NCBI GenBank assembly: GCA_963745075.1
Contig: CAVUWV010000026.1
Coordinates: 1 to 64,000, forward strand
DNA: 64,000 nucleotides
From: Candidatus Hydrogenedentota bacterium
Lineage (GTDB): Bacteria > Hydrogenedentota > Hydrogenedentia > Hydrogenedentales > SLHB01
Reading direction: 5' to 3'
The position numbers were made by a program, and so were the translations under genes. Positions 27,558-36,147 of the stretch are shown here, in pieces (the first letter of the stretch is position 1; each line of letters opens with the position of its first letter). The notes under the pieces were generated by a model. The model did no database searches. It was not told where the DNA came from and worked only from the letters and a program-made list of their open reading frames with translations.

Positions 27558-27587
27558 AAGATGGATTCCCGCGTAGCCGGGAATGAC
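27558..27587. repeat. REP-like element, same family as 690-723
   Basis: AAGATGGATTCCCGCGTAGCCGGGAATGAC; first 16 nt identical to 690-705. Confidence 0.7.
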
Positions 27588-27649
27588 GGTGCTGAGTTGA
27601 CGCGCGGTTTGACTCATCGAGCCTATCGTCTGACTTGGAGACTGCGCAG

Positions 27650-28336
27650 GTGTTGACGGAAATGGAATGGAACGCGCTGCGGTTGAGCTTGCTGGTCGCG
27701 AGCGTGGCCGCGGCGGTGAGTTTGCCGTTCGCGGTTGCGCTTGCGTACAAGCTGGCGCGCAGTCAATCTCGGGGAATGTGGCTCGTTGAAACGCTGGTCA
27801 ACCTGCCCCTTGTGCTTCCTCCCGTGGTGACGGGGTATCTGTTGCTGGTTGCCTTCGGCCGCAGCAGCGTTGCCGGTTCGTTTCTCGAGCGTGTCTTCGG
27901 TATCACTATTGCCTTCACGTGGCTGGGCGCGGCGCTCGCCGCGGCGGTCGTGGGCTTTCCGCTGATGGTTCGCGCGATCCGGTTGTCTTTCGAGTCGGTC
28001 GATCCGCGGCTGGAACTGGCCGCGCGAAGCCTGGGCGCAACACCTTTGGCTTGTTTTTTCACCGTGAGCCTGCCCCTCGCGTTTCGCGGCGTCGTCGCCG
28101 GTATGGTCCTGGCCTTTGCGCGCGGCGTCGGTGAATTCGGCGCAACCATTGTGATTGCGGGAAACATTCCTGGGCAGACGCAGACCATCCCGCTGGCCAT
28201 CTACTCGTTAACCGAGCGGCCGGGTGGGGTCTCGCAGAGTTGGCGATTGGTCGTGTTGTCCGTTCTCATCGCAGCCATCGCAATCCTACTCAGCCGGTGG
28301 TTCGAGCGACGACAAGGAAAACTCCACCGTGCTTGA
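27650..28336 (+). CDS. modB: Molybdate ABC transporter permease
   Basis: LPLVLPPVVTGYLLL, AARSLGA, FARGVGEFGAT, TQTIPLAIY. Confidence 0.95.
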   Translation: MLTEMEWNALRLSLLVASVAAAVSLPFAVALAYKLARSQSRGMWLVETLVNLPLVLPPVVTGYLLLVAFGRSSVAGSFLERVFGITIAFTWLGAALAAAVVGFPLMVRAIRLSFESVDPRLELAARSLGATPLACFFTVSLPLAFRGVVAGMVLAFARGVGEFGATIVIAGNIPGQTQTIPLAIYSLTERPGGVSQSWRLVVLSVLIAAIAILLSRWFERRQGKLHRA

Positions 28337-29396
28337 GTTCGTCTGCAAACACACTTACCCGGGCGGGTTCGGAATTGACGCGTCCTTTGTCGCCAGGGAA
28401 TCGGTGGTCGCCCTGTTCGGACCTTCCGGCGCGGGCAAAACCAGCATCCTCGAGATGATTGCCGGCGTTCGCAGGCCCGATTCGGGAATCGTACGCCACG
28501 GCGAAGACGTCCTGCTTGATACCGAAAAATGTGTTGACCGTCCCGTACACCAGCGGCGAATGGGCATGGTATTCCAGGATCAATTGCTTTTCCCGCACAT
28601 GACGGTCGCGGCGAACCTGCGGTACGGTTCCCGATGGAACCGGCCGGAGAAGCCTGTTATCGATTTCGACCGAGTCGTCGCAGTACTGGAACTTCAAGCG
28701 CTTCTGACGCGGTACCCGGCGGGCCTGTCCGGCGGCGAACGCCAACGGGTCGCGCTGGGCCGGGCATTGCTCCGCCAACCCCGCTTGTTGCTGATGGACG
28801 AACCACTGGCGGCCCTTGACGACGCCCTAAAATTCCGCATCCTCGCGTATTTGGATCGCGTCGTCAACGAATGGCAGGTGCCCGCACTTTTCGTCAGCCA
28901 TGGGCAAGCCGAAGTGCGGCGCTTCGCGCAAGGGGTCGTCGTAATCGACAACGGCCGGATAGTCACGGAAGGTACGCCTGCTGACGCGCTATGCGCACCG
29001 GGTGCACTCCATCTGAAAGATGCGTCCGGGCCGGTCAATCTCTTGCGACTTGACGACGTGTGCAAAGAAGATGATCGTTGGATCGGACGCGTGGGCGATC
29101 ACGTCGTTCAACTCCCCAATCCCCCAGCCGAAAACGACGGGACGGTCTACCTTCAGTTCCTTCCCGAGACCGTCCTGTTGAGTCCGGCGGACATCCGCGA
29201 CATAAGCGCTCGAAATCACCTGACCGGAACGGTGCGCCAAGTGCTCGCACACGGGTCCATCGTATTTGTGGCGGTGGACGTCGGACAGATCATCTGGTCG
29301 GAGGTCACACCCGGAGCCATGGAAGACCTGGCGCTCGTGCCTGGCGTACCCATAACCTGCCTGATCAAAACTCACAGCCTCCATATGCTTTCCTAG
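28329..29396 (+). CDS. modC: Molybdate ABC transporter ATPase with TOBE domain
   Basis: GPSGAGKT, LSGGERQRVALGRAL, LLMDEP, ISARNHL. Confidence 0.94.
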   Translation: MLEFVCKHTYPGGFGIDASFVARESVVALFGPSGAGKTSILEMIAGVRRPDSGIVRHGEDVLLDTEKCVDRPVHQRRMGMVFQDQLLFPHMTVAANLRYGSRWNRPEKPVIDFDRVVAVLELQALLTRYPAGLSGGERQRVALGRALLRQPRLLLMDEPLAALDDALKFRILAYLDRVVNEWQVPALFVSHGQAEVRRFAQGVVVIDNGRIVTEGTPADALCAPGALHLKDASGPVNLLRLDDVCKEDDRWIGRVGDHVVQLPNPPAENDGTVYLQFLPETVLLSPADIRDISARNHLTGTVRQVLAHGSIVFVAVDVGQIIWSEVTPGAMEDLALVPGVPITCLIKTHSLHMLS

Positions 29397-29485
29397 CCCT
29401 CGCGTTCAGAGGCAGTTGGGGTAGCGTCGCGGGGCGGAATTCGTTATTCTTGCGGCTACCCATCAATACGGTGGAAGGAGGATTC

Positions 29486-29896
29486 ATGGTTGCACGAACG
29501 ATGGTACCGGGGTTGGTCATGCTATTGGCGGCGGGATGCATCTCCATCAAAGGGAACGTGGTGGATGCCGATACCGCCCAAGCGGAGGAAAATGTGTTTC
29601 GTCATGTCGTGTTGTTCAAGTATAAGGACACCGCAACGCCTGAAAACATCAAAGCGGTCGAAGACGCATTTCTCGATTTGAAGAACAAGATCGATGTCAT
29701 CAAAGACATTGAGACGGGAAGCAACGTGAGCACGGAGAATCTCAGTCACGGATTCACCGATTGCTTTATCGTGACATTCGCCGATTCGGCGGGCCGGGAC
29801 GCATATTTACCCAGCCCCGAGCACCAGGCGTTCGTCAAGTTTGCCGGACCCTTTCTTGCCGAAGCGTTGGTCATTGACTTCAAGCCGCGAAAGTAG
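29486..29896 (+). CDS. Dabb (stress-responsive A/B barrel) family lipoprotein
   Basis: LAAGC lipobox; FRHVVLFKYK, ENLSHGFT, RDAYLPSPEH; AAGGAGG RBS. Confidence 0.85.
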   Translation: MVARTMVPGLVMLLAAGCISIKGNVVDADTAQAEENVFRHVVLFKYKDTATPENIKAVEDAFLDLKNKIDVIKDIETGSNVSTENLSHGFTDCFIVTFADSAGRDAYLPSPEHQAFVKFAGPFLAEALVIDFKPRK

Positions 29897-29934
29897 TCTC
29901 CTTTTCAACAGAAATCCCGATCGTATCCCAAATG

Positions 29935-29965
29935 GCGGACCGGTCCTTTTGGCCGGTCCGTTTCT
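29935..29965 (+). terminator. Probable intrinsic terminator
   Basis: CGGACCGGTC-ctttt-GGCCGGTCCG followed by TTTCT. Confidence 0.5.
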
Positions 29966-30165
29966 ACACGCTCTTTCGGTTGTATGGTCGGCACGGGCCC
30001 AACGCACGCACAGAACGTTGTTCGGCCGACTTTACACTTGTGCTTTGAGCACTTCTGTACGAGTTGATCAAGAATGCCCAACTCAGCCGTAGCCCGCATG
30101 GACCCATTATCGCCTAAACCTTTTTGCAAAAATGCTTTACAACCTAATCCTTCATTTCGAATTCA

Positions 30166-30181
30166 TGGCACGAACTATGCT
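30166..30181 (+). promoter_or_regulatory. sigma54 (-24/-12) promoter
   Basis: TGGCACGAACTATGCT (GG-N10-GC), about 90 bp upstream of the DUF362 gene. Confidence 0.72.
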
Positions 30182-30270
30182 TTTCCCGAAGGGGTCCGTG
30201 TGTCTGCGTCGACCTGGGTACATCCGAAGCCGAGACCGGCTTGCCCTGAGGCATTAGGAGGAGTCACGAA

Positions 30271-31209
30271 ATGGGTGAACAAACACGCCGAAACTTCTTG
30301 AAACGAACCGTCGCTACCGGTACCGCCGCGACGTTGTCCACGACGGCAGGAAAGGCCTTGGCGCAGAACGATTCTCCAGCCAAGATGGCGATTGTGCGCT
30401 GGGCGGGTCAGCCGGTTGCGGAAGAAGGGGTCGACGCGATGGCTGCCACGCTGGCTGAACGGGCCATCACCGCTCTGGGCGGAATGGGACGGTTTGTGAG
30501 CAATGGCGACGTGGTCTGGATCAAACCCAATATGGCCTGGGACCGGACCCCCGAGCAGGCGGCGAACACCAATCCGAATATCGTAGCCACATTAGTGCGT
30601 CTGTGCCTGGACTCGGGCGCCAAGCAAGTGAAAGTGGGCGATTTCCCGTGCAATGAAGCGACGAAAAGCTATCCGCGCAGTGGGATCGAAGCGGCCGCGC
30701 AAGCCGCGGGCGCCGAGGTCGTCTACTTAGATCCCAATCGTTTCCGGGAGGTTGCCCTGGGAGGCTCCCGACTGGACAAATGGCCGGTTTATCCAGAAAT
30801 CGTCGAGTCGGACCTCGTGATCAACGTGCCGATTGCCAAGCACCACAGCATTTCGACGGTGACGCTGGGCATGAAGAACTTCATGGGCGTGGTCGACAAG
30901 CGAAACAAGCTCCATCAAGATCTGCCAACCTGCCTGTGTGACCTCACGCGGTTTATGAACCCCCGCCTATGCGTGCTTGATGCGGTCCGGATTCTTACCG
31001 CCCACGGCCCCACGGGCGGCGATCTTGCCGACGTTCAGCGAAAAGACACCGTCGTAGCGAGCACGGACATCGTCGCCATGGACGCGTTTGGCGCGGAGTT
31101 GCTCGGTCACGAACCGAAGAACATCGCGACCGTCGCGGCGGGCGATGCGGCAGGTCTCGGAACGATGAACTATCGCTCCCTGTCCCCCGTGGAGATCGAA
31201 GTGACGTGA
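30271..31209 (+). CDS. Tat-exported DUF362 protein
   Basis: TRRNFLK; ALGGMGRFV, IKPNMAWDRTPEQAANTNP, INVPIAKHH, TLGMKNFMG, DIVAMDA. Confidence 0.88.
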   Translation: MGEQTRRNFLKRTVATGTAATLSTTAGKALAQNDSPAKMAIVRWAGQPVAEEGVDAMAATLAERAITALGGMGRFVSNGDVVWIKPNMAWDRTPEQAANTNPNIVATLVRLCLDSGAKQVKVGDFPCNEATKSYPRSGIEAAAQAAGAEVVYLDPNRFREVALGGSRLDKWPVYPEIVESDLVINVPIAKHHSISTVTLGMKNFMGVVDKRNKLHQDLPTCLCDLTRFMNPRLCVLDAVRILTAHGPTGGDLADVQRKDTVVASTDIVAMDAFGAELLGHEPKNIATVAAGDAAGLGTMNYRSLSPVEIEVT

Positions 31210-32879
31210 CTTCCAGGCAACGCATGCAGACGCTCCGGTGGGTGCGCCGAACCGTTCAGGTATTCTTTCTTGCGTTGTTTCTCGGTACCATCACCTGGGC
31301 GGCACTCGGCGCTGTTTCCGAGGTAAGCCGGGCTACGGAATTGTACTTCGCGCTGGATCCCTTGGTATTCCTGTCCACGTTACTCGCGTCGCATGCAGTA
31401 CCGGCCCTCCTATGCTTTTCCCTCATCACGCTCGCGTTGACCGTGATCTTCGGCCGCTTCTTCTGTGGGTGGATTTGTCCCCTGGGCACGATTCACGCCG
31501 CGGCCAGTTCCCTCCGCAATGAAGATGCCTTTGAAATGGTGCAACGCGAGAAGTGGTCGCCTTGGAACCGGTGGAAATACTACATTCTGATCGCGCTGCT
31601 GGTGGGCGCAGTTTTCGGGGCGAACTGGATTGGCGTGCTGGATCCGTTTTCGGTGTTGTACCGTACGACGTTCACCGTGCTGGGTCCGGCCTTGCGTGGA
31701 GCGGTCGAAGACGGTTCCACGGCCGTCTACCAGGCGGACCCACATATCGGACCGATTCATGCAACGTCCGCAACGGAGCCGATCTACCGTTTTCTTCGCG
31801 ACCACACGTTCATCGGCAGCCGGCAGAGCTTCTTCGGCGGGACATTGATTGCGGTATTGTTTCTCGTCACCGTTGGACTGAACTTTTATCGCAAGCGCTT
31901 CTGGTGCCGCTACCTTTGTCCCCTCGGTGCCTTGCTGGGCTTGGCCGCAAAGTGTTCCTGGATCCGCCTCACGACGTGCGAGGAGAGCTGCACGGAATGC
32001 GGGTTGTGCCGGATAAACTGTCAAGGGGCGGGATCGCCGGATAAACCCGGGGAATGGCAATCGTCGGAATGCTTCCTCTGCCTGAACTGCGCGGCCAAGT
32101 GTAATTGGGAATCGATTTCCTTCACGATTTCTAACCCCTTACGCGACCGTCGCGGGGGTTCACTGGATCTATCGAAGCGCGCCATGCTCACTTCCGGCCT
32201 ACTGGGTCTTGGCACGTTTTTGAGTCTCCGTCTCGCGCCGGTAGCCCAAGGTAAAGTCTTCGATCCCGACCTGGTGCGGCCCCCGGGGGCACGGCCGGAA
32301 GATGAATTCCTGTCGAAGTGCGTGCGCTGCGGACTCTGCATGCGCGTCTGCCCGACGAACGGGCTGCAACCCGCAGGATTCGAGACCGGGCTGGAGGGAA
32401 TTTGGACCCCCCGCCTCGATGCGCGCGTCGGGTATTGCGAGTACGAGTGCAATCGCTGCGGCAGCATCTGTCCCACTGGCGCGATCGAGGAACTGGATCT
32501 TGAGACCAAGAAGAACACCAAACTTGGCCTGGCAACCTTTGACACGTCGCGATGTCTGCCCTACGCTTACGGCCGGGAGTGCATGGTCTGCGAAGAACAC
32601 TGTCCCGTTCCCACCAAAGCGATCTATTTCGTGGAGACGACGGTCACGCTTCGCGACGGGGCGCAACGGGTCCTCAAACAGCCGCGGGTTGATCCGGATC
32701 GGTGTACGGGGTGTGGGATCTGTGAAGCGAAGTGTGTGTTTCGGGATCGTCCGGCGGTTCGCGTCACGAGCGCGAACGAAACCCGCCACCCGGACAACCA
32801 ACCAATTCTGGGTGGCGCACCGATCTACGAGACGCCGAGCGGCACCGACTCGTCCTCGAGCGGCGACCCTTACGGATAA
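31206..32879 (+). CDS. Membrane polyferredoxin: NapH/MauN-like fused to NapG/MauM-like
   Basis: GRFFCGWICPLG, RFWCRYLCPLG, CTECGLC, CFLCLNC, VRPPGA...CVRCGLCMRVCP, CMVCEEHCP, CTGCGICEAKC. Confidence 0.88.
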   Translation: MTSRQRMQTLRWVRRTVQVFFLALFLGTITWAALGAVSEVSRATELYFALDPLVFLSTLLASHAVPALLCFSLITLALTVIFGRFFCGWICPLGTIHAAASSLRNEDAFEMVQREKWSPWNRWKYYILIALLVGAVFGANWIGVLDPFSVLYRTTFTVLGPALRGAVEDGSTAVYQADPHIGPIHATSATEPIYRFLRDHTFIGSRQSFFGGTLIAVLFLVTVGLNFYRKRFWCRYLCPLGALLGLAAKCSWIRLTTCEESCTECGLCRINCQGAGSPDKPGEWQSSECFLCLNCAAKCNWESISFTISNPLRDRRGGSLDLSKRAMLTSGLLGLGTFLSLRLAPVAQGKVFDPDLVRPPGARPEDEFLSKCVRCGLCMRVCPTNGLQPAGFETGLEGIWTPRLDARVGYCEYECNRCGSICPTGAIEELDLETKKNTKLGLATFDTSRCLPYAYGRECMVCEEHCPVPTKAIYFVETTVTLRDGAQRVLKQPRVDPDRCTGCGICEAKCVFRDRPAVRVTSANETRHPDNQPILGGAPIYETPSGTDSSSSGDPYG

Positions 32880-32900
32880 GGTATATCCCGGCCAGTCAAC

Positions 32901-33491
32901 TCAGGGAAACAACCATTCCGTCGTCCATCGATCTTCCGTTCGCGTGTATAACAGACGCTCGTGCAGGCGGAAGGGCTTTTCGAGCCAGAATTCCATTCGA
33001 AACGGCTTGATCCGGTATCCCGACCAGAAGTCCGGCCGAGGGACTTTTCCCAGGCCGAATCTAAGTGCGTATTCCGCGGCGCGACGCTCCAGTTCGAAAT
33101 AGGCTTCTACGGGTTTCGACTGCTTGCTCGCCCACGCCCCGATCTGACTTTGCCGGTCGCGGCTTGCGAAGTACGCGTCCGCCTCTTCGGCGCTTACGGG
33201 TTCCACGTCACCCTGAACCCGGACCTGCTTCCCGATGGGCATCCAATAAAAGCACAAGGCCGCGCGGGGGTTTTCCTCGAGTTCCCTGGCCTTCACGCTG
33301 CCCAGATTCGTATAGAAGACAAACCCCGCGTCATCGACCTTCTTGAAAAGTATCATGCGGGACGAGGGCATGCCGCCGGCATCGGCCGTCGACAGGCACA
33401 CCGCGGTGGGCTCGCGGAAGCCGCAGCCTTTGGCGTCTTCGAACCAATCCTTGAACAGATCGATGGGGTTATCCATTTTACGAATCGACAT
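32901..33491 (-). CDS. pdxH: Pyridoxamine 5'-phosphate oxidase
   Basis: PSSRMILFK, FYTN, QVRVQG, SQIGAWASKQS, WSGYRI, EFW...RLHER. Confidence 0.95.
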   Translation of the reverse strand: MSIRKMDNPIDLFKDWFEDAKGCGFREPTAVCLSTADAGGMPSSRMILFKKVDDAGFVFYTNLGSVKARELEENPRAALCFYWMPIGKQVRVQGDVEPVSAEEADAYFASRDRQSQIGAWASKQSKPVEAYFELERRAAEYALRFGLGKVPRPDFWSGYRIKPFRMEFWLEKPFRLHERLLYTRTEDRWTTEWLFP

Positions 33492-33599
33492 CAGCATTCC
33501 TTTATCAGTAGACGGAGGTTCGTCGCAGGGAGTCGACAATCATAGACGATATGGGGCGCGAACGGGGAACGGGCTTTCAGAAGGCGAGTGGCCGGGCGC

Positions 33600-34855
33600 T
33601 CACGATGGTACGGCAGCCTCTTCCGCTTCGCGCAGCCGGTTGACTTCCCATCCCGTGTCGCGGGCAATGATGAGTTCTTCGTCGGTTGGGATAACCATGA
33701 CGGCGACTTCGGAGTCGGCCGACGGTCACAACCCGTTCGTTGCGAAGGTTACGCTCGGAGTCGAGCCTGACGCCCAAGTGCCCCGCGTTCTGCAGAATGC
33801 GTTCGCGCATGTAGGCATCATGCTCGCCGATGCCACCGGTGAAGACGATCGCGTCCACCCCGTTCAATGCCATCGCCGATCCGCCGATGAACCGGGACGC
33901 CCGATAGGAAAACATGTCCAGCGCGAGCGCGCAATTGCGGTCGCCCTTTTGCATCAGATCTTCGATTTCCCGGACGTCATGGTGGTGACAGATACCCTCG
34001 AACCCGCTGCGTTTGTTCAGGACCGTATCCACCTCGTCGGCAGACATACCGAGTTCCTTGATCATGAAAATTGGAATGTAGGGATTGAGAGTCTCCCGGC
34101 CGGGTCCCCATGATGACACCGGCCAACGGCGTCAGCCCCATGGTGGTGTCGATCGACTTTCCGCCCAAAACCGCCGTGATGCTGCAGCCATTTCCGAGAT
34201 GACAGGAAATAATCTTGGTTTCCTCGATCGGGCGCTTCAGAAACCGCGCGGCCTCCCGCGAGACGTAGCGATGTGATGTGCCGTGGAAACCGTACTTGCG
34301 GATTCCGTGCTTGGTGTACAGTTCCTCGGGTACCCCGTAGCGAAACGCCTTTTCCGGAATGGTCCGATGGAACGCCGTGTCAAAAACCGCGACCTGTGGA
34401 GTCCGATTCCCGAACACTTTCCGGCACGCGCGAATACCGGCCAGCGCTGGCGGGTTATGCAGGGGCGCGAGTCGCGCGCACCGCTCGATTCCGGCAAGAA
34501 CATCGTCATCGATGAGGGCGGAATTCGAGAACTCTTCGCCACCATGAACGACGCGATGACCGATACCGGCGATCTCGGACAGGTCCTTTACAATACCGCA
34601 CTTCTCGTCCTGCAGAAGCCGGCAAATAATGTCGATGGCGCTCTCATGATCGGGGGCGTCCAGGTTACCGTTGTCGCTCGCGCGTTGGCCTAAGCACCCG
34701 GAGTTACCGGGAAGACCGCAATCACACTTGAGCCCGGGATTCTTCTGCCCGATCCGCTCCACTTGCCCTTTGGCGAGCGTCCGTTCGGTTTCGCCCAACT
34801 CGATGACTTTGAATTTTACTGAGGACGAACCACTGTTCAGTACCAAGATCTTCAT
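33600..34855 (-). CDS. ackA: Acetate kinase (two apparent +1 frameshifts near 34093 and 33722)
   Basis: ILVLNSGSSSVK, GHRVVHGG, APLHNP, FDTAFH, YGFHGTSH, HLGNG, GTRPGD | FTGGIGE | VMVIPTDEELIIARD; stop at 33600. Confidence 0.92.
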
Positions 34856-34864
34856 GATGTGCCT

Positions 34865-35902
34865 TCACTGCGCAGCAGATTCTTTCGGCTGGCTACCGCC
34901 CACGGCTGCCCTGCGCATTTGCCATTGGACGGTTGTAACGGCGGCAACGCCTACGATGTCTTCCCAGGAACATCCTCGAGACAGGTCGTTCACGGGAAGT
35001 CGAAGACCCTGTACGATGGGACCATACGCGCCGGCGCCGGCGAGGCGTTCGACCAGTTTGTAGGCAATATTGCCGGAATTCAGATCGGGGAAAATGAGTA
35101 CCTTCGCTAGCCCCGCCACGGGACTATTCGGCGCCTTCCGCTGACCGACACTTGCAACCAAGGCCGCGTCACCCTGTAACTCGCCATCGATCTGAATCGG
35201 ACTATCCGGGCCGAATCGTTCGCGCGCGCGCTCTTGGGCGATCCGGGTGGCTTCGACGACCTTCTCGGTGAGCGGGCTCTTCGCGGAACCCTTCGTCGAG
35301 TACGACAGCATCGCTACCAGCGGCTCGATTCCGAAACCCATCGCGCTTTGCGCGGTGCACAGCGCAATCTCCGCCAGTTGCTCCGCGTCCGGGTTCTCGA
35401 CGAGACCGGAGTCGGCGAAAAGATAGGTCGTATCCGGAAAAGCCATGAAGAAAAAGCTGGATACGAGCGGAATTCCGGGTGCCGTGCGGAGAATTTGAAG
35501 GGCCGGGCGCAACGTTGCCGCGGTCGAATGACAGGCCCCGGCAACAAGACCGTCCCCCATCTCCCGATCCAGCATCATGATCCCGAAGGTGATGGGGTCC
35601 AAAAGGGTCTTCCGGGCGTCTTCTTGACTGATGCCTTTGGACTTACGAAGCTCGTAATAACGGTCTGCAAACGAATCCAAGTGTTCGGATCGTGCCGGAT
35701 CAACGATGGGAGCGCTAACCTTTACGCCGACTTCACGGGCTTTTGCGGTGACAGCATCTGCGTCTCCGACCAGGATAACCTCGGCGATCGCTTGTTCTTC
35801 GATCGCTACTGCCGCACGTAGCGTGCGCTCGTCCTCGGGCTCGGGAAGGACAATCCGTCCAGGCATTTCCTGAGCCCGCCGACATATTTCATCCAAGAAC
35901 AC
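34865..35902 (-). CDS. pta: Phosphate acetyltransferase
   Basis: IVLPE, VAMLSYSTKGS, DGELQGDAAL, IFPDLNSGNIAYKL, GPIVQGL, VNDLSRGC. Confidence 0.96.
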   Translation of the reverse strand: MFLDEICRRAQEMPGRIVLPEPEDERTLRAAVAIEEQAIAEVILVGDADAVTAKAREVGVKVSAPIVDPARSEHLDSFADRYYELRKSKGISQEDARKTLLDPITFGIMMLDREMGDGLVAGACHSTAATLRPALQILRTAPGIPLVSSFFFMAFPDTTYLFADSGLVENPDAEQLAEIALCTAQSAMGFGIEPLVAMLSYSTKGSAKSPLTEKVVEATRIAQERARERFGPDSPIQIDGELQGDAALVASVGQRKAPNSPVAGLAKVLIFPDLNSGNIAYKLVERLAGAGAYGPIVQGLRLPVNDLSRGCSWEDIVGVAAVTTVQWQMRRAAVGGSQPKESAAQ

Positions 35903-35984
35903 AAGTCCGCGCTCCAGTCTTCACTACGCGATTGACACGTACAATCGGAGTAAGCATACGCCTCTCCTCTACTTAATACAAGGG

Positions 35985-36000
35985 AGCACAAACCGTGCCG
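35985..36000 (-). promoter_or_regulatory. sigma54 (-24/-12) promoter for pta-ackA
   Basis: Minus strand CGGCACGGTTTGTGCT (GG-N10-GC). Confidence 0.65.
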
Positions 36001-36147
36001 GTCTGACAGAAAGGATACTGGAAGGGACGTAGAGGATTGGCTAGATGGTACTTACGTCTGAATTGCCGAAGTTCGTTCAAGAAACTACGAGTGTGCGGAA
36101 ATCTCGTAAAGCAGATATGCCCAAGACACTTGTGCGCAAGCTTTCCG

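Noticed and set aside
33600..34855. ackA or fliK as pseudogenes or programmed frameshifts
   Set aside because: No slippery heptamers or other decay; the same +1 pattern recurs in unrelated genes
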